A stretch of DNA of 64,000 bases from an uncultured Clostridia bacterium (GTDB lineage: Bacteria; Bacillota; Clostridia; Christensenellales; UBA1242): contig CAKVFI010000002.1 in assembly GCA_934746715.1 (NCBI GenBank), positions 142,425-206,424 of the forward strand, in the 5' to 3' direction. The notes under the pieces were generated by a model. The model had not been told where the DNA came from, ran no database searches, and saw nothing but the letters and a program-made list of their open reading frames with translations. Position numbers and translations under genes: made by a program. Each line of letters starts with the position of its first letter. Position 1 is the stretch's first letter. Below are positions 1 to 10,999 of this stretch, piece by piece.

Positions 1-1
1 T

Positions 2-3000
2 TTGCCAGCAGAACAAGCAGGCGTTTTGTCACTAAACAGATTAGCAGAGCCAACAATTGTTTGTGCAAATAATATTGTTAGCTGGGATGCAGTGGCAAAT
101 GCAAAAAATTATCAAGTTAAAGTTGTAGACAGCAAAAATAGTGTTTTGCTTGACCTTACAACTGAAAATCGCACAATAAATTTTGCCGACACCAAATTTG
201 CTTCTGGTGAGCAATTTAAAATTAGTGTTGTTGCAAATTTTGCAAAAGTTGATGATGTTTATTTCTTGCCGTCAAAAACAGCATTTTTATCAGTTGAAAA
301 AGTTGCGCAAACAAGTGCAGTTATTGAAAACAATGTTTTGAAAATCAACAGCAATATTGATGATGAATTTTTGGTGGAGATTTTTGATGCTGAAAGCAAA
401 TCTGTTGTTACCAAACATGTTTCCGCTTCGGTTGCAGAAAAAACAGAAGTTGAATTGTTGAAATTGGGTGTTAAATTTGAGGCTGGCAAATATGATATCA
501 AGTTAACAAGGCTTGGCAATGGAAGCACAAAAATTGATAGTGAAAAAATTGAATTAAGCTTTGTTCAACTGCAAAAAATTGAAGAAATTGAAATTGCGAA
601 CAGCGTTGTGTTAAGCCAAATTGGCAACATTAACATGCAAAACAATGCCCAAATTAAATTTTCAATTTTCCAAGGTTCAACAAAGGTTTTGGAAATTGAA
701 AACAACACAGACTTGACAACTCTCAACTTGGCAGCGGGAGATTATGTTGCCAAATTGTTTGTTTTGGGTGATGGCAGCAAAACAATATCAGTTTGTGATG
801 AATCTGGCGAACCTATGGTTTGCGCAACAAAGAATTTTGTTGTGCTTGAAACACCAAACATAACCACTCAACATTTGTTGGCTCAATTTGAAATTAATGC
901 CGTAAGCAATGCAACAGCGTACAATGTTGTTGAGCGTGGTGTCGCAAGGCAAGTTGAAAATTTGACTTTTGAATTTGCACTTGGCAGTGGGGAAACAAAA
1001 CAATTTGCCGTTCAAGCTATTGGCAATGGCGCGTATTATATAAATTCTCAATTGAGCAACCTTAAAACTTTCACTCGTTTGGAAACACCAGAATTAAGGT
1101 TTGACAACACAAACAATTCACTTTCCACAAACTTAACTACTGGCAGCAATTATGTTTTGACACTAAATGAAACAGATATCAGTGCAAGTTACAATTTTGG
1201 CGACCCAGTTTTGAACTTGGTTGAAGGAGTTAACACATTTAACCTTGTTGCAAAAGCACAATATGACGCACAAGTTACATATATTGATTCTTATCCAAAA
1301 CAAATTCAAGCCAACAAACAATCGGCAAATTCAACCATCACAGTGGTTGGCAACAAACTTCAAATTGTGCCAGACCAAAATTTTGATGAATCGCTTTTGG
1401 AAGTTAGCATAATCACAGCAGGTTCTACAATCACTTTTGATGAAAACAATTTTGCAGATGTTAACGCGTTGTTGGCAGTTAAAAAGGCGGGAACTGGCTA
1501 CACTGTTGACCTTTTGGATAATTTGTTTAATCCAATTTTAACCGGGTTAACAAACGGATTTAGTGTTAAAGTTAGATTTATTGCCAACCACAAGGCTGAA
1601 AATGATAACTTGATTACAACCGATTATTCAAGTTTGGTGTCAGTTAACTTTGCTATGGCTGCAAACTTTGATATGACCACAAGAGATAATCAAAACATTT
1701 GCTTTAAAACTCAACCAACGTACTCTTACACAGATTATGCATTTGTGTTGAATGACACATATGTTTTGTTGCTGAATGATTTGGCAGAAGCAAACAGCGA
1801 AAATCAAACAATTAAATTTGATGTAAATTATATTTATAATAATGTTCAAAATGAAATTTTAAAAGATGTTAACAAATTAACTATTATTACATTAAACAAC
1901 AAAACAACCGATTCAAATTTGTTGCTTTCAAATATTGGCGAAACAATTTATTTTGCCAAAGCTGAAAGTGTTGAATTAACATCTTCCAAAAACAATGATG
2001 TTGCAAACGCAAATAATTCCCGTGTTGTAAGTTTGGCTTTGGCAGAGTCCAAATACGGGCGTTCTGTTGCAATAAAAGTTTACAACGATGTTGACAATGA
2101 AGAATCCTTTTCAACTTTGTTGATTGATGCAAATCCAACAGAAACTTCGGCAATCAATTATTCATTTAATCTTGACGATTTTGGCACTAGTTTGACCACA
2201 AACAAAAAAGTTGTTGCTTTTGTTAAAACAAATTCAAGCACAACAATGCAAGTTAATGGTGCAAACCAAATTGTTTACATGTTTGATTCAAATGCTTCAA
2301 ATGTGTTGACCTATGATATTGTTGAAAATGCAGCAATCACAACCGACGGCACAAAATTGTGTGTTGAATTGCCAATTAATGTTGACGGGGTTGATATCTT
2401 TAGCCAAACAACAGACGGAATGGTTAAATTAAACACGAATTTGGTTACAACATCTTTTGATTTGGGTGCAAATTTCGGAACTCTTTCAATTGTTGTTAAA
2501 ACAATAGCTTCTACAAACGGAAACTTTACAAACAGCAGTTTGTCTGAACCAATTAGTTTAACCAAATTGGCAGTGCCAGTTGTTGGCATTTTAAATGGCA
2601 AAATTGCATTAACAGTTGACAACAAAACCTTGGAATTGTTCAACAACACATCTTTTGACGATAGTTTGGGTGTTGACAGTTTGAATGGTTGTGTTATTAG
2701 AGTTGTTCATGCTGGCATTGAAGGCGAAAAGTTTGTTTATTTGGGACAAACAGGCGTTGAAATTGAAGGTAACACGATTGTTGTTGAACCAGAAGCATTG
2801 TTGCAATATGGTGTTACAAACATCATCAAGGAAAACTTAACTTTTGATGTTGTTGCAAAAGTTTTAACTGGCGAATTATATTTAAATTCAAACAAAATTT
2901 CAGCAGATTTTTATGGTTTGTTTGCTCCAACCAAAGTTAATCTTCCAGCAGTGGACGACCCTAAAAATGCAGTTGTTCAAACAATTTCTTGGACAGACAC

Positions 3001-6000
3001 TGGCTTAAACACATTGTCTAATGGCGTAGACGCTTTGGCGGGTTATGTTATCAAAGTTGTGGACAAAAACAGCAACGAATATTTGAGTTCTGAAAACCTT
3101 GCATATTTAAAATATGATGAAGCACAAGGCAAATATGTGCCAACAAAATATCCACAAATTATAAGCTTAACCAACTTTGCTTTCCCATATGGTTATTTTG
3201 ACGAAACGGAACAAATTGTTAAATTTGACGCGGGCAAATATATTGTTTCAGTAATGTCTGTGCCAAAAAATTCAATTGAAAACTTTAATTTGTGCAATTC
3301 AAAATTTAGTGATGAGTGCAACATTATTTTGCTTGAAACTCCAATATTAAGTGTTGTTGATGGCTGTGTTGCGTGGGAAAAGGTTGAAGGTGCAACCGAA
3401 TATATTTTGACAATCACCGATGTGTTTGACAGTACAATAAAATCAACCATTGCAACTTCAAACACAAAATTTGAGTTTGACGGGCTTAATAGTTATGTTG
3501 GCAATTACGACATCACAATAAAAGCAATTTCAAATTTAAACAATGTGCTTGCAAGTGAAACAAGCGAAAGTTTAACCGTTCATCGTTTGCCAAATTACGA
3601 TTCTGTTTTGGCTGATGATGGCGTGTTGATTTTGAAAGCAAATGATTATTTTAATCGTGCAAATTTGATTTTCCGCAACAGCTCTGGCGTTGTTGAAACT
3701 TTAACATTTGCAAATCCAAACTATTTGTCAAACATGGAAGCATTGCAATCAAGCGGCAAAACAAGCTGGAAAGATACTAATGTGGATAGTCTTAACGCAG
3801 TGAAGAGTTTTGCAATTCAAATTAACGAAAGTTATCTGCTTAAATTAAGCAAGGGAGTGTACACCCTTTCAATAAAACTTTTAGGCAACAACTTGAAAAC
3901 TTTTGGCATTGTAAATTCGGCAGAAAAGCAAGAAACAGAAATAAAATCATTTGTTAAACTTGCATTTGACCAACCAAAAGATAATGCAGAAACAAAAACT
4001 TGGATTAGGGTTGACGAGCGTGGCGTGTTTACGTTTGATGCTCCAGAGGAATACACTCTTGGCGGCTTTAATTATCAATTTAACAAACCAGTTGCAGATG
4101 TTGATTATTCATTCTTTAAAAATGTTGTGATTTACAAAATTGTTGTAAAAATCAATGATATTTCTTACAATTTGCTTGCAGTGGATTACTACGATTTTGA
4201 AGCAAACAAAACAAAATTGAATGTAGAAGATTTTGAAATGTTTGAAAATAGCTCACTTTATGCAGCGGTTAAATATAAAAATAATGATGCAAATGGTCAA
4301 TTGAATAGCATTTGTTTGTGCGTGTTTAAAAACAACCAAATCAATTTAAATTTGGATAGCTTTGATTTTTACGCAACAGAAATTTCAGTTGAAAATAACA
4401 GCGTAAAAATCGCAACAAGCATCAATGCGTCAAGCGAAAAAGGATATTATTCAATTTCACTTATCGAAGGCGGCGTGTTCTCAATAGATGTTGGCTTGCT
4501 TGGCAGTGACGAAACAGAAGTTAGTGTTGGTGGCGAAATGGTTAAACAAGCATTTTTGTCTTCCGAGATGTATTCTTCAAAAGCATTTATCCGTTACACC
4601 GACAACACATTAAAAAGTTACATCTCTTACACATTGAGCAATGAAGAAAGTGAAGCAAATGAGTTGACTTACATAAATTCTGGCGATTTGATTTTCCAAA
4701 ACAAAATCAAATATGACGAAAACAATATTCCTTTGGATTATCCAGTTTATATGTTGGAAATTTATCCAATAGTTTATTACAACGGCAGTGCTATTCAAAC
4801 GGCACCGTACATTTATTATTTGTATCACGACGAAACAACAGTTGACAAAGTTATACAAGACAATCCTGTGGAAAACTTCACATCAAAACAACTTGTTAAA
4901 GTGCAAGAGTTAACAAACAACGACAGTTATTTGAAATTTGAGTTTGGCAAATATTTTGAACCAGGAAACTATTCAATTAAAATTAGAACTTTGGCTGGTG
5001 TTGGCAGCGATAATTTGGATTCTAAATACTTGTTGAACTCAAGAGTTCCTTCAAACGGACTTTCATTCAACCGCATGTCAAACACAAATTTGAATGTGTC
5101 AAACGGAAAATTGCAGTTCAATTTGGCATATGTGCTTAACGATTTAACAAAAACTTATGTTACCGACTATGAATTTGTTGCTTACCAAGCAGATAATGCA
5201 GATTTAGCTTGCAAATTTAATATCAACAAATACAGTGAAGGTGTTACAATTGCAAACAATATTTTAACATATGTTTTACCTTCAAAAGTCATGGCAAAAA
5301 ATGTTGCAAACAACACCGAAACAGAACTCAACTTTGCAAACGGACAAAGATTTAACATCAAAGTTAGGGCAATTCAAACAGAAGAAAAAGATATGGGAAT
5401 GTTGAATGCAGACTTTGTTAAATCAGCAAGCGTGGACAAGCTTACAACCATTGAAAAATCACAAGGCGCAACAAATGTTGGCGTTAAAGACGGTGTGATT
5501 GTTTGGCAAGTTGCAGACAAGGATAATTACAACGGCACAACAATCCGCTTTGAATTAGATGACGGCCGTGTTGTTGAAGAATCTATTTCAAAAGACCGCA
5601 CATTGAAAAAGACAATTAATAATATTGAATATTATTATTACGAATTGAGTGATAGCGAATATACATGCATTGATGGTGTTGGCAAAGCAAAAATCACAGC
5701 AGGGGAATACACATTAAAAGTTTTGACAATAGGCAAAACAGATAGTGCACAAAATGTGGAAATCTTAAACAGCAATTATTCCGAACCATTCACATTACAC
5801 CGTTTGAACAGAATACAAGCAAACAGCATTGTTTCAAATGATGGCGTTTTGATTTGGGAAACAAGCGAGCAAGAACACATTGAAAAATATGTTGTAAACT
5901 TGATTGGCGAAAAAACTTACACATTCACAACCAAAAACACATCAATTGATTTTGCAACCACAGCAGCAGACAATGGTGAAAAATTGCAAGTTGGCAATTA

Positions 6001-7879
6001 TGCAATTGAAATCCGCGCTTTGGGCAGCGACTGGGCAACAGCAATCAACTCCAACACAGTTAGTGGATTTACACTTTTATCTTCTGTTGAAGGGTTGACC
6101 GAGCAAGATGATTACATCAGTTGGAATGCAGTGGAAAATGCACAAGGTTATTTGGTTACATTTGCATGGAATGAAAATGGCAATCCAACAACTGTTTCAA
6201 ACACAGTTTTGGCAACGGAAGAATTAAAATGCGTTGCTCCAGCAGGGCTTGTTGGCAATTATTCAATCACAATTCAAGCAGTTGGCGTTGGTGTGGGCAA
6301 AGTGTTTAATGGGCAAAGTTTTGTGTTCCAAGGCTCAAATGAAAGACCATATCCAGTTGGCGAAATTGTGTTTAACACAAACGATTTGAGTTTGTACATT
6401 CCATTAAATGAAGACTTTAAAACCAACGATATTGTAAGTGTTAGTTACAACATCGCAAGATATTCTTACACCGCTTCTGGCAGCATTTTGGGTGAAACAG
6501 TTGCTGAAAAGGTTGAAATTGCAAATGGCAACACAAATTACATCAAAACTATTGACGGAGTTAAATATTGCGTTTATCCATTGGCTGCAGCAGGCAAGTA
6601 CACTTCAATTGCGGTTAGCATTGTGCGCAAAGGCAGTTTAACATCAAATGCAACTCCTTATGCGGACATTGACTTTAACTATTTTGCTTATGGTGATGGC
6701 AGTGAAAGCAACCCTTATGGCATTGCAACAGTTGAACAACTTTTGAACATCGCCTTAAAGGCAGACAAACAGTTTGAATTGGTAAGTTCAATTGATATGT
6801 CTGGCATTGACTTTGCCAATAGATTAAACACATATGGTGCTATCATTGCAAACACATTCTCTGGCGTGTTTGACGGTAACAATCGTTCATTGTTGGGTTT
6901 GGGCAATGTAAACATCTCCAACGCTGATGTTGCAAAATTTGAAGGCTTTGCGTTGTTTAAAAATATTAATAATGCAACAATTAAAAATATAAATATTGCA
7001 GAAACTGATAATAATCCAACAAAATTTGTAAATACATTTGCACAAAAGCAAACAAATGTGTTAAAATCATCATTGATAGCAATGGAGGCGAACAACTCAA
7101 CACTCAACAATGTTAGTTTGTCAAAATTAACTTTGGTGTTTGAAGGTAATGGCGTGTTGCAAGCAGCAACATACATTGGCGGTTTGGTTGGCGTTGCTAA
7201 CAACACAAGTTTTGAAGGTTGCATTTCTAATGTTGAAGTTGAATTTAACATAGACTTTGAACCTAACGCTGGTGGGGTTTACATTGGCGGTTTGGTTGCT
7301 TATGCACAAAACTGCAAGGTTGTTGATTCTGCTGAACGCTCAACATCAGTGGCATTGAGTGTTACAAAAACCAAAGTTATCAAACGCTTTAACTCAATTG
7401 GTGGTGTGGCAGGTTACTTTGAAGGTGATTCTGTAACGGCAGAAATTTCTGGTGTAACTGCAACAATCAATCAAGAAGTGGATATTTATGTTGACCACTT
7501 TGGTGGTTTGGTTGGCAACGCTGTCAACACAAACATCACAAATTGCACAGTTCAGGGCAACTTTAAACACACAGCATTGGAAACTTCAAATATTGGTGGC
7601 ATTGTTGGTCAATTGCAAGGCGGTACTGTGTCAAATTGCACAATCACATTGGTGTTTAATTTGACAATCGCAGTCAACAACAAAGTTAATGTTGGCTTTG
7701 TGGCTGGTTACGTTGCGTCTTACAATCAACAAATAGCAACCATTGAAAACTGCAAAATCAATCAAGATTTTGTTAACAAAACAAAATTTTCCGCAGACGA
7801 CAAATCTGTTGAAAGCATGGGCCTCTATGGCAATAGTTCAACAACAAACTATCAGCCAACAGGGTGCGTTAAAATATAA
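2..7879 (+). CDS. Giant secreted/surface protein, C-terminal 2625 aa (5' end outside the window). FN3-like modules are followed by a GLUG-type beta-helix module
   Basis: The ORF runs uninterrupted from the window edge. FN3-like signatures recur (IVSWDAVANAKNYQVKV, CVAWEKVEGATEYILTI, VLIWETSEQEHIEKYVV, ISWNAVENAQGYLVTF). The C-terminal module carries IGGLVG/IGGVAG/FGGLVGNA repeats. The product name is inferred from motifs only. Confidence 0.85.
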   Translation: MPAEQAGVLSLNRLAEPTIVCANNIVSWDAVANAKNYQVKVVDSKNSVLLDLTTENRTINFADTKFASGEQFKISVVANFAKVDDVYFLPSKTAFLSVEKVAQTSAVIENNVLKINSNIDDEFLVEIFDAESKSVVTKHVSASVAEKTEVELLKLGVKFEAGKYDIKLTRLGNGSTKIDSEKIELSFVQLQKIEEIEIANSVVLSQIGNINMQNNAQIKFSIFQGSTKVLEIENNTDLTTLNLAAGDYVAKLFVLGDGSKTISVCDESGEPMVCATKNFVVLETPNITTQHLLAQFEINAVSNATAYNVVERGVARQVENLTFEFALGSGETKQFAVQAIGNGAYYINSQLSNLKTFTRLETPELRFDNTNNSLSTNLTTGSNYVLTLNETDISASYNFGDPVLNLVEGVNTFNLVAKAQYDAQVTYIDSYPKQIQANKQSANSTITVVGNKLQIVPDQNFDESLLEVSIITAGSTITFDENNFADVNALLAVKKAGTGYTVDLLDNLFNPILTGLTNGFSVKVRFIANHKAENDNLITTDYSSLVSVNFAMAANFDMTTRDNQNICFKTQPTYSYTDYAFVLNDTYVLLLNDLAEANSENQTIKFDVNYIYNNVQNEILKDVNKLTIITLNNKTTDSNLLLSNIGETIYFAKAESVELTSSKNNDVANANNSRVVSLALAESKYGRSVAIKVYNDVDNEESFSTLLIDANPTETSAINYSFNLDDFGTSLTTNKKVVAFVKTNSSTTMQVNGANQIVYMFDSNASNVLTYDIVENAAITTDGTKLCVELPINVDGVDIFSQTTDGMVKLNTNLVTTSFDLGANFGTLSIVVKTIASTNGNFTNSSLSEPISLTKLAVPVVGILNGKIALTVDNKTLELFNNTSFDDSLGVDSLNGCVIRVVHAGIEGEKFVYLGQTGVEIEGNTIVVEPEALLQYGVTNIIKENLTFDVVAKVLTGELYLNSNKISADFYGLFAPTKVNLPAVDDPKNAVVQTISWTDTGLNTLSNGVDALAGYVIKVVDKNSNEYLSSENLAYLKYDEAQGKYVPTKYPQIISLTNFAFPYGYFDETEQIVKFDAGKYIVSVMSVPKNSIENFNLCNSKFSDECNIILLETPILSVVDGCVAWEKVEGATEYILTITDVFDSTIKSTIATSNTKFEFDGLNSYVGNYDITIKAISNLNNVLASETSESLTVHRLPNYDSVLADDGVLILKANDYFNRANLIFRNSSGVVETLTFANPNYLSNMEALQSSGKTSWKDTNVDSLNAVKSFAIQINESYLLKLSKGVYTLSIKLLGNNLKTFGIVNSAEKQETEIKSFVKLAFDQPKDNAETKTWIRVDERGVFTFDAPEEYTLGGFNYQFNKPVADVDYSFFKNVVIYKIVVKINDISYNLLAVDYYDFEANKTKLNVEDFEMFENSSLYAAVKYKNNDANGQLNSICLCVFKNNQINLNLDSFDFYATEISVENNSVKIATSINASSEKGYYSISLIEGGVFSIDVGLLGSDETEVSVGGEMVKQAFLSSEMYSSKAFIRYTDNTLKSYISYTLSNEESEANELTYINSGDLIFQNKIKYDENNIPLDYPVYMLEIYPIVYYNGSAIQTAPYIYYLYHDETTVDKVIQDNPVENFTSKQLVKVQELTNNDSYLKFEFGKYFEPGNYSIKIRTLAGVGSDNLDSKYLLNSRVPSNGLSFNRMSNTNLNVSNGKLQFNLAYVLNDLTKTYVTDYEFVAYQADNADLACKFNINKYSEGVTIANNILTYVLPSKVMAKNVANNTETELNFANGQRFNIKVRAIQTEEKDMGMLNADFVKSASVDKLTTIEKSQGATNVGVKDGVIVWQVADKDNYNGTTIRFELDDGRVVEESISKDRTLKKTINNIEYYYYELSDSEYTCIDGVGKAKITAGEYTLKVLTIGKTDSAQNVEILNSNYSEPFTLHRLNRIQANSIVSNDGVLIWETSEQEHIEKYVVNLIGEKTYTFTTKNTSIDFATTAADNGEKLQVGNYAIEIRALGSDWATAINSNTVSGFTLLSSVEGLTEQDDYISWNAVENAQGYLVTFAWNENGNPTTVSNTVLATEELKCVAPAGLVGNYSITIQAVGVGVGKVFNGQSFVFQGSNERPYPVGEIVFNTNDLSLYIPLNEDFKTNDIVSVSYNIARYSYTASGSILGETVAEKVEIANGNTNYIKTIDGVKYCVYPLAAAGKYTSIAVSIVRKGSLTSNATPYADIDFNYFAYGDGSESNPYGIATVEQLLNIALKADKQFELVSSIDMSGIDFANRLNTYGAIIANTFSGVFDGNNRSLLGLGNVNISNADVAKFEGFALFKNINNATIKNINIAETDNNPTKFVNTFAQKQTNVLKSSLIAMEANNSTLNNVSLSKLTLVFEGNGVLQAATYIGGLVGVANNTSFEGCISNVEVEFNIDFEPNAGGVYIGGLVAYAQNCKVVDSAERSTSVALSVTKTKVIKRFNSIGGVAGYFEGDSVTAEISGVTATINQEVDIYVDHFGGLVGNAVNTNITNCTVQGNFKHTALETSNIGGIVGQLQGGTVSNCTITLVFNLTIAVNNKVNVGFVAGYVASYNQQIATIENCKINQDFVNKTKFSADDKSVESMGLYGNSSTTNYQPTGCVKI
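6689..7876 (+). other. GLUG-type right-handed beta-helix module of the first giant protein
   Basis: Opens with YGDGSESNPYGIATVEQLLNI...FSGVFDGNNRSLLGL. It then has repeated [IVF]GG[LVI][VA]G turns about one per 25-35 aa. The same GDGSESNPY opening occurs in the 43189-46392 protein. Confidence 0.6.
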
Positions 7880-7893
7880 ACTTAAGGGGATTT

Positions 7894-8511
7894 ATGAACT
7901 ACAACGATCAGATTTTGGAAAATAAGGCATTCAAATTTGTAAAGCAATTGTTTTACAACATAGCAATAAGTGTTGTTATCGTTTTGGCAGTTTGCTTATT
8001 GTTTGTTTATGCTTTTCACTATATGCCTTACAAAGTGTTAACCGCAAGTATGTATCCAAGCATAAAGGTGGGTGATATGGTTGTGGTTCATAAAGCCGAT
8101 GAGTATAAGGTTGGCGATGTTCTTAAATTTGACCAATCTGGCAATGACGGTTTGCCAACAGTTCACCGTATTATTGCAATTAAAGACGGCATTTATGTTT
8201 GCCATGGCGACAATGTTGCTTACCAATACAAAGGCACAAATGAAAATTGGGGCTGGAAAGATGAAGCAAAAGTTGCGGAAGGCAAAACATTGGCTGAATT
8301 AAAAAGAGAAGGCAGCGCTCTTTACCAATATGTTAAACCAGACCAAATAGAAGGTAAAGTAGTTACCGTTGCGGCTCATTATGGGGATTATGTTGATTTC
8401 ATTTCTGCACACAAAATGTTGTTTATCACAATAATTTTGGGGCTGTGGTGCTTCACTTATGTTGTGCAAACAGAATTGGAAATCAAACGAGCACGCAGGC
8501 TTGCTGATTAA
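7894..8511 (+). CDS. sipW: Signal peptidase I, SipW / ER-archaeal type (S26B)
   Basis: N-terminal TM helix; Ser box TASMYPSIKVGDMVVV; His box LPTVHRIIAI in place of the Lys box; GDN box (CHGDNVAY); C-terminal TM helix MLFITIILGLWCFTYVV. RBS AAGGGGA lies 14 nt after the giant ORF stop. Confidence 0.85.
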   Translation: MNYNDQILENKAFKFVKQLFYNIAISVVIVLAVCLLFVYAFHYMPYKVLTASMYPSIKVGDMVVVHKADEYKVGDVLKFDQSGNDGLPTVHRIIAIKDGIYVCHGDNVAYQYKGTNENWGWKDEAKVAEGKTLAELKREGSALYQYVKPDQIEGKVVTVAAHYGDYVDFISAHKMLFITIILGLWCFTYVVQTELEIKRARRLAD

Positions 8512-8519
8512 CAACAAAG

Positions 8520-10976
8520 ATGAAAGCAAAAACAGGGGGTAATTTTAGCGTGATTGCAAAAAACAAAAACAAGAGCAATCTAATAAAAATTATATGCGTC
8601 ATAATAGGCGCAGTTTTTGCATTTACAACGAGTATCGTTTATGGTGCATTTAGTTGGAAACGAGAGCATAATTCAGGTTACGCAACTGGCGCATTCTTGC
8701 CAAACCAAACTTATCAAATAATCAACGACACATTGCCAAACGGCATTTTGTATAGCGACGGCGTTAAAGAATATGAAGTTGCATTGCAATATTCTTACGA
8801 CTACGCATTTAACTTTTATGTTGAGTACGAATTAAAATGGTCAAACGGGCTAGATGCTTCCAATGTGATATTAAACTTTTCAAACCGCAATGCTTGGATA
8901 GTTGACAACAGCAGAATTTATTATCGCGACACTGTTGCAGCCGGCACTGGAAAGTTGCCAATTATTGTTGGTGTGGATTTTGTGGATAACTACAATTCAA
9001 ATTATTATGGAGCAAAACTTACAATCAACATCAAAAAGGTTGAAATTGCAAAAACAAATGAATCACTTGACCAAACTGGCATCGCTGGCGAAGCTTATGC
9101 ACAATATCAAGTGCGCAAACTTGCAAGTTACAGCACAGCAAATGCCTATGCGGTTGTGTATAATCCAACAAACAAAGGCAGTTATCAACCAAAAGCACCA
9201 GTGGGCAAAACAGCGTTTGAAACAAAAACATCAACATCTGGCAGCTCATCTGTTACAACAACAAGCAAATTGTTTGGCAACAAAAATTATGTTGGTTTGG
9301 GGGCTTATGTTATCACTGGCAGCAGTCCAATCAATTTGGTTGCAAAAGTGATTGGTTCTTGGGTTGTGGACACTGGCAAAACAACCGACCCATCAAGTGC
9401 AAACATCAACACAAACACGATTAAATATAATTATTCTTCTGGTTGGATTGGGGAAAGTTACGACGTTGGCACAATCGTGCAAGAAATTAGAACTTTCCAA
9501 TACACCATTCCAGCACACACGGCAATGTATATCGATATCATTGATTCAGTTGAAATGATAACTCGTGGTATGTTGGCGGCTGCAAATTACACAGATTTCC
9601 ACATCGAAACAGATTTGTTGCTTAACAGCGACACTCAACTTAATTTTGAAAACGGCCTTGCAACATCAACAATAACCACAAAAACATTATCTGGCACAAG
9701 CTATTCAACAAATTTGCCAACTCAAGATTATTCAGTGGTTAACAGTTCAAAATATGATGCAGCATTGTATAATGTAACAACTGGTGGTGCTCAAACTTAC
9801 AAAACACAAATCAAAGTTATCAACAACACAGCGTCAAAAATGTCAGTTTCAGCAAGTTACACTCTTAAAGCGTATATTAGCAATGGCAACTCAACTGCAG
9901 ACTATCAACCAGCAGCTGGTTCAACCCCTGCAAGTGATGGCAACCCATTTGAATTTGATGACGAAAGCCATTGGGATAGAGATGAGTATTCATACACCAG
10001 CTCAATAACAGTTGGCGCACACAATGCAAGCCAAGTTATTGCTCCTTATTCTGCAATGACAATCTGCACAAGTTTTACAGTGCCAAACGATATGGTTGCA
10101 AAACTTGTTGCAGCAAAAGCGGCATATTCTGGCAAAGATGTGTGGATTGAACTTGTGCCAACAATAACAACTGCAACCTCAACTGCGGCGGACACTCAAT
10201 TGGTTTTGGAAACAGTTGTCAGCGGCACAACAGCAAAACTTTATGCAAAAAATGTTTCTTCAAACGCACTCACAAGTTTAAGTTTGAATCTTAAATATTC
10301 AAGATACAGCACTCAAGCAAATATGACATCAACAACACTTTCAACCGAACCAGCAAATTGGAAAAAGGAATATTGGAAGTATTATGTAAGCAACTCTGGC
10401 AGTTACAAACAAGTTAATGAAGTTAACAACCCAACATCAAACAGCGATGGCTCAACTTCAATCAAAACAGCAAGCATGCCAACTTTTGCTGCTGGCACTT
10501 ATTACACAAACAGCGGTTGGATTGGTGCAAATGCTTACACAACAACAAGTTCAGCCATAGTTAATCCTGGTGAAAAAGTTTTGTTGGGCAGCTTAACAAT
10601 AACTGCAAGCCAAACTTACGATTTTAGCGATTACACTTTAACAGGCAGCGTTGCAACTGCAAGCGATGTAAATTTGGTTAACGAAACAACTGGCAGTGCA
10701 TTCATCAAAAACAATTCAACCACAAAATCTTATTACATTAGATTTTCAAACTCCGCAAGTTTCACGGACACAACAAAATCAAATTTCTTCCAAGACGGAA
10801 GTTTCTGGTATCTTTATGGTTTAATCCGTCCAGGGCAAGTTATCCCAATCAACATCACAGCATTGGACAGCCAAATTTCAATCGAAGCAGTGGAAGACAC
10901 AACAGGCAGTCTTCCAACACAAATTTCAACATGGCCAACAACTGTGGTTGAAAAATTAAAAACAATGTACAATTAA
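8520..10976 (+). CDS. 818-aa secreted S/T/N-rich protein with a SipW-cognate-type signal and an N-terminal TasA-like domain
   Basis: The N-terminus KIICVIIGAVFAFTTSIVYGAFSWK is a hydrophobic helix ending in small-x-aromatic. The first domain ends in KLTINIKKVEIA. About 640 aa of beta-rich, Cys-poor sequence follow. An alternative GTG start at 8550 sits behind AGGGGG. Confidence 0.7.
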   Translation: MKAKTGGNFSVIAKNKNKSNLIKIICVIIGAVFAFTTSIVYGAFSWKREHNSGYATGAFLPNQTYQIINDTLPNGILYSDGVKEYEVALQYSYDYAFNFYVEYELKWSNGLDASNVILNFSNRNAWIVDNSRIYYRDTVAAGTGKLPIIVGVDFVDNYNSNYYGAKLTINIKKVEIAKTNESLDQTGIAGEAYAQYQVRKLASYSTANAYAVVYNPTNKGSYQPKAPVGKTAFETKTSTSGSSSVTTTSKLFGNKNYVGLGAYVITGSSPINLVAKVIGSWVVDTGKTTDPSSANINTNTIKYNYSSGWIGESYDVGTIVQEIRTFQYTIPAHTAMYIDIIDSVEMITRGMLAAANYTDFHIETDLLLNSDTQLNFENGLATSTITTKTLSGTSYSTNLPTQDYSVVNSSKYDAALYNVTTGGAQTYKTQIKVINNTASKMSVSASYTLKAYISNGNSTADYQPAAGSTPASDGNPFEFDDESHWDRDEYSYTSSITVGAHNASQVIAPYSAMTICTSFTVPNDMVAKLVAAKAAYSGKDVWIELVPTITTATSTAADTQLVLETVVSGTTAKLYAKNVSSNALTSLSLNLKYSRYSTQANMTSTTLSTEPANWKKEYWKYYVSNSGSYKQVNEVNNPTSNSDGSTSIKTASMPTFAAGTYYTNSGWIGANAYTTTSSAIVNPGEKVLLGSLTITASQTYDFSDYTLTGSVATASDVNLVNETTGSAFIKNNSTTKSYYIRFSNSASFTDTTKSNFFQDGSFWYLYGLIRPGQVIPINITALDSQISIEAVEDTTGSLPTQISTWPTTVVEKLKTMYN

Positions 10977-10999
10977 AACACGGGTCAAAAAGGAGCATA

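Noticed and set aside
6715-7251. 178-aa minus-strand ORF, plus similar ones such as 31048-31395, 28255-28533 and 45240-45545, inside the giant genes
   Set aside because: These run antisense to GLUG-repeat coding sequence. They are low-complexity (P/L/T/N-rich), have no RBS, and are fully nested in much longer well-supported ORFs. They are the expected artefact of stop-poor antisense frames.
8902-9351. 149-aa same-strand alternative-frame ORF inside the 818-aa gene
   Set aside because: It is a Q/L/H-rich low-complexity translation with no RBS. The main frame is continuous across it, so there is no sign of a frameshift.
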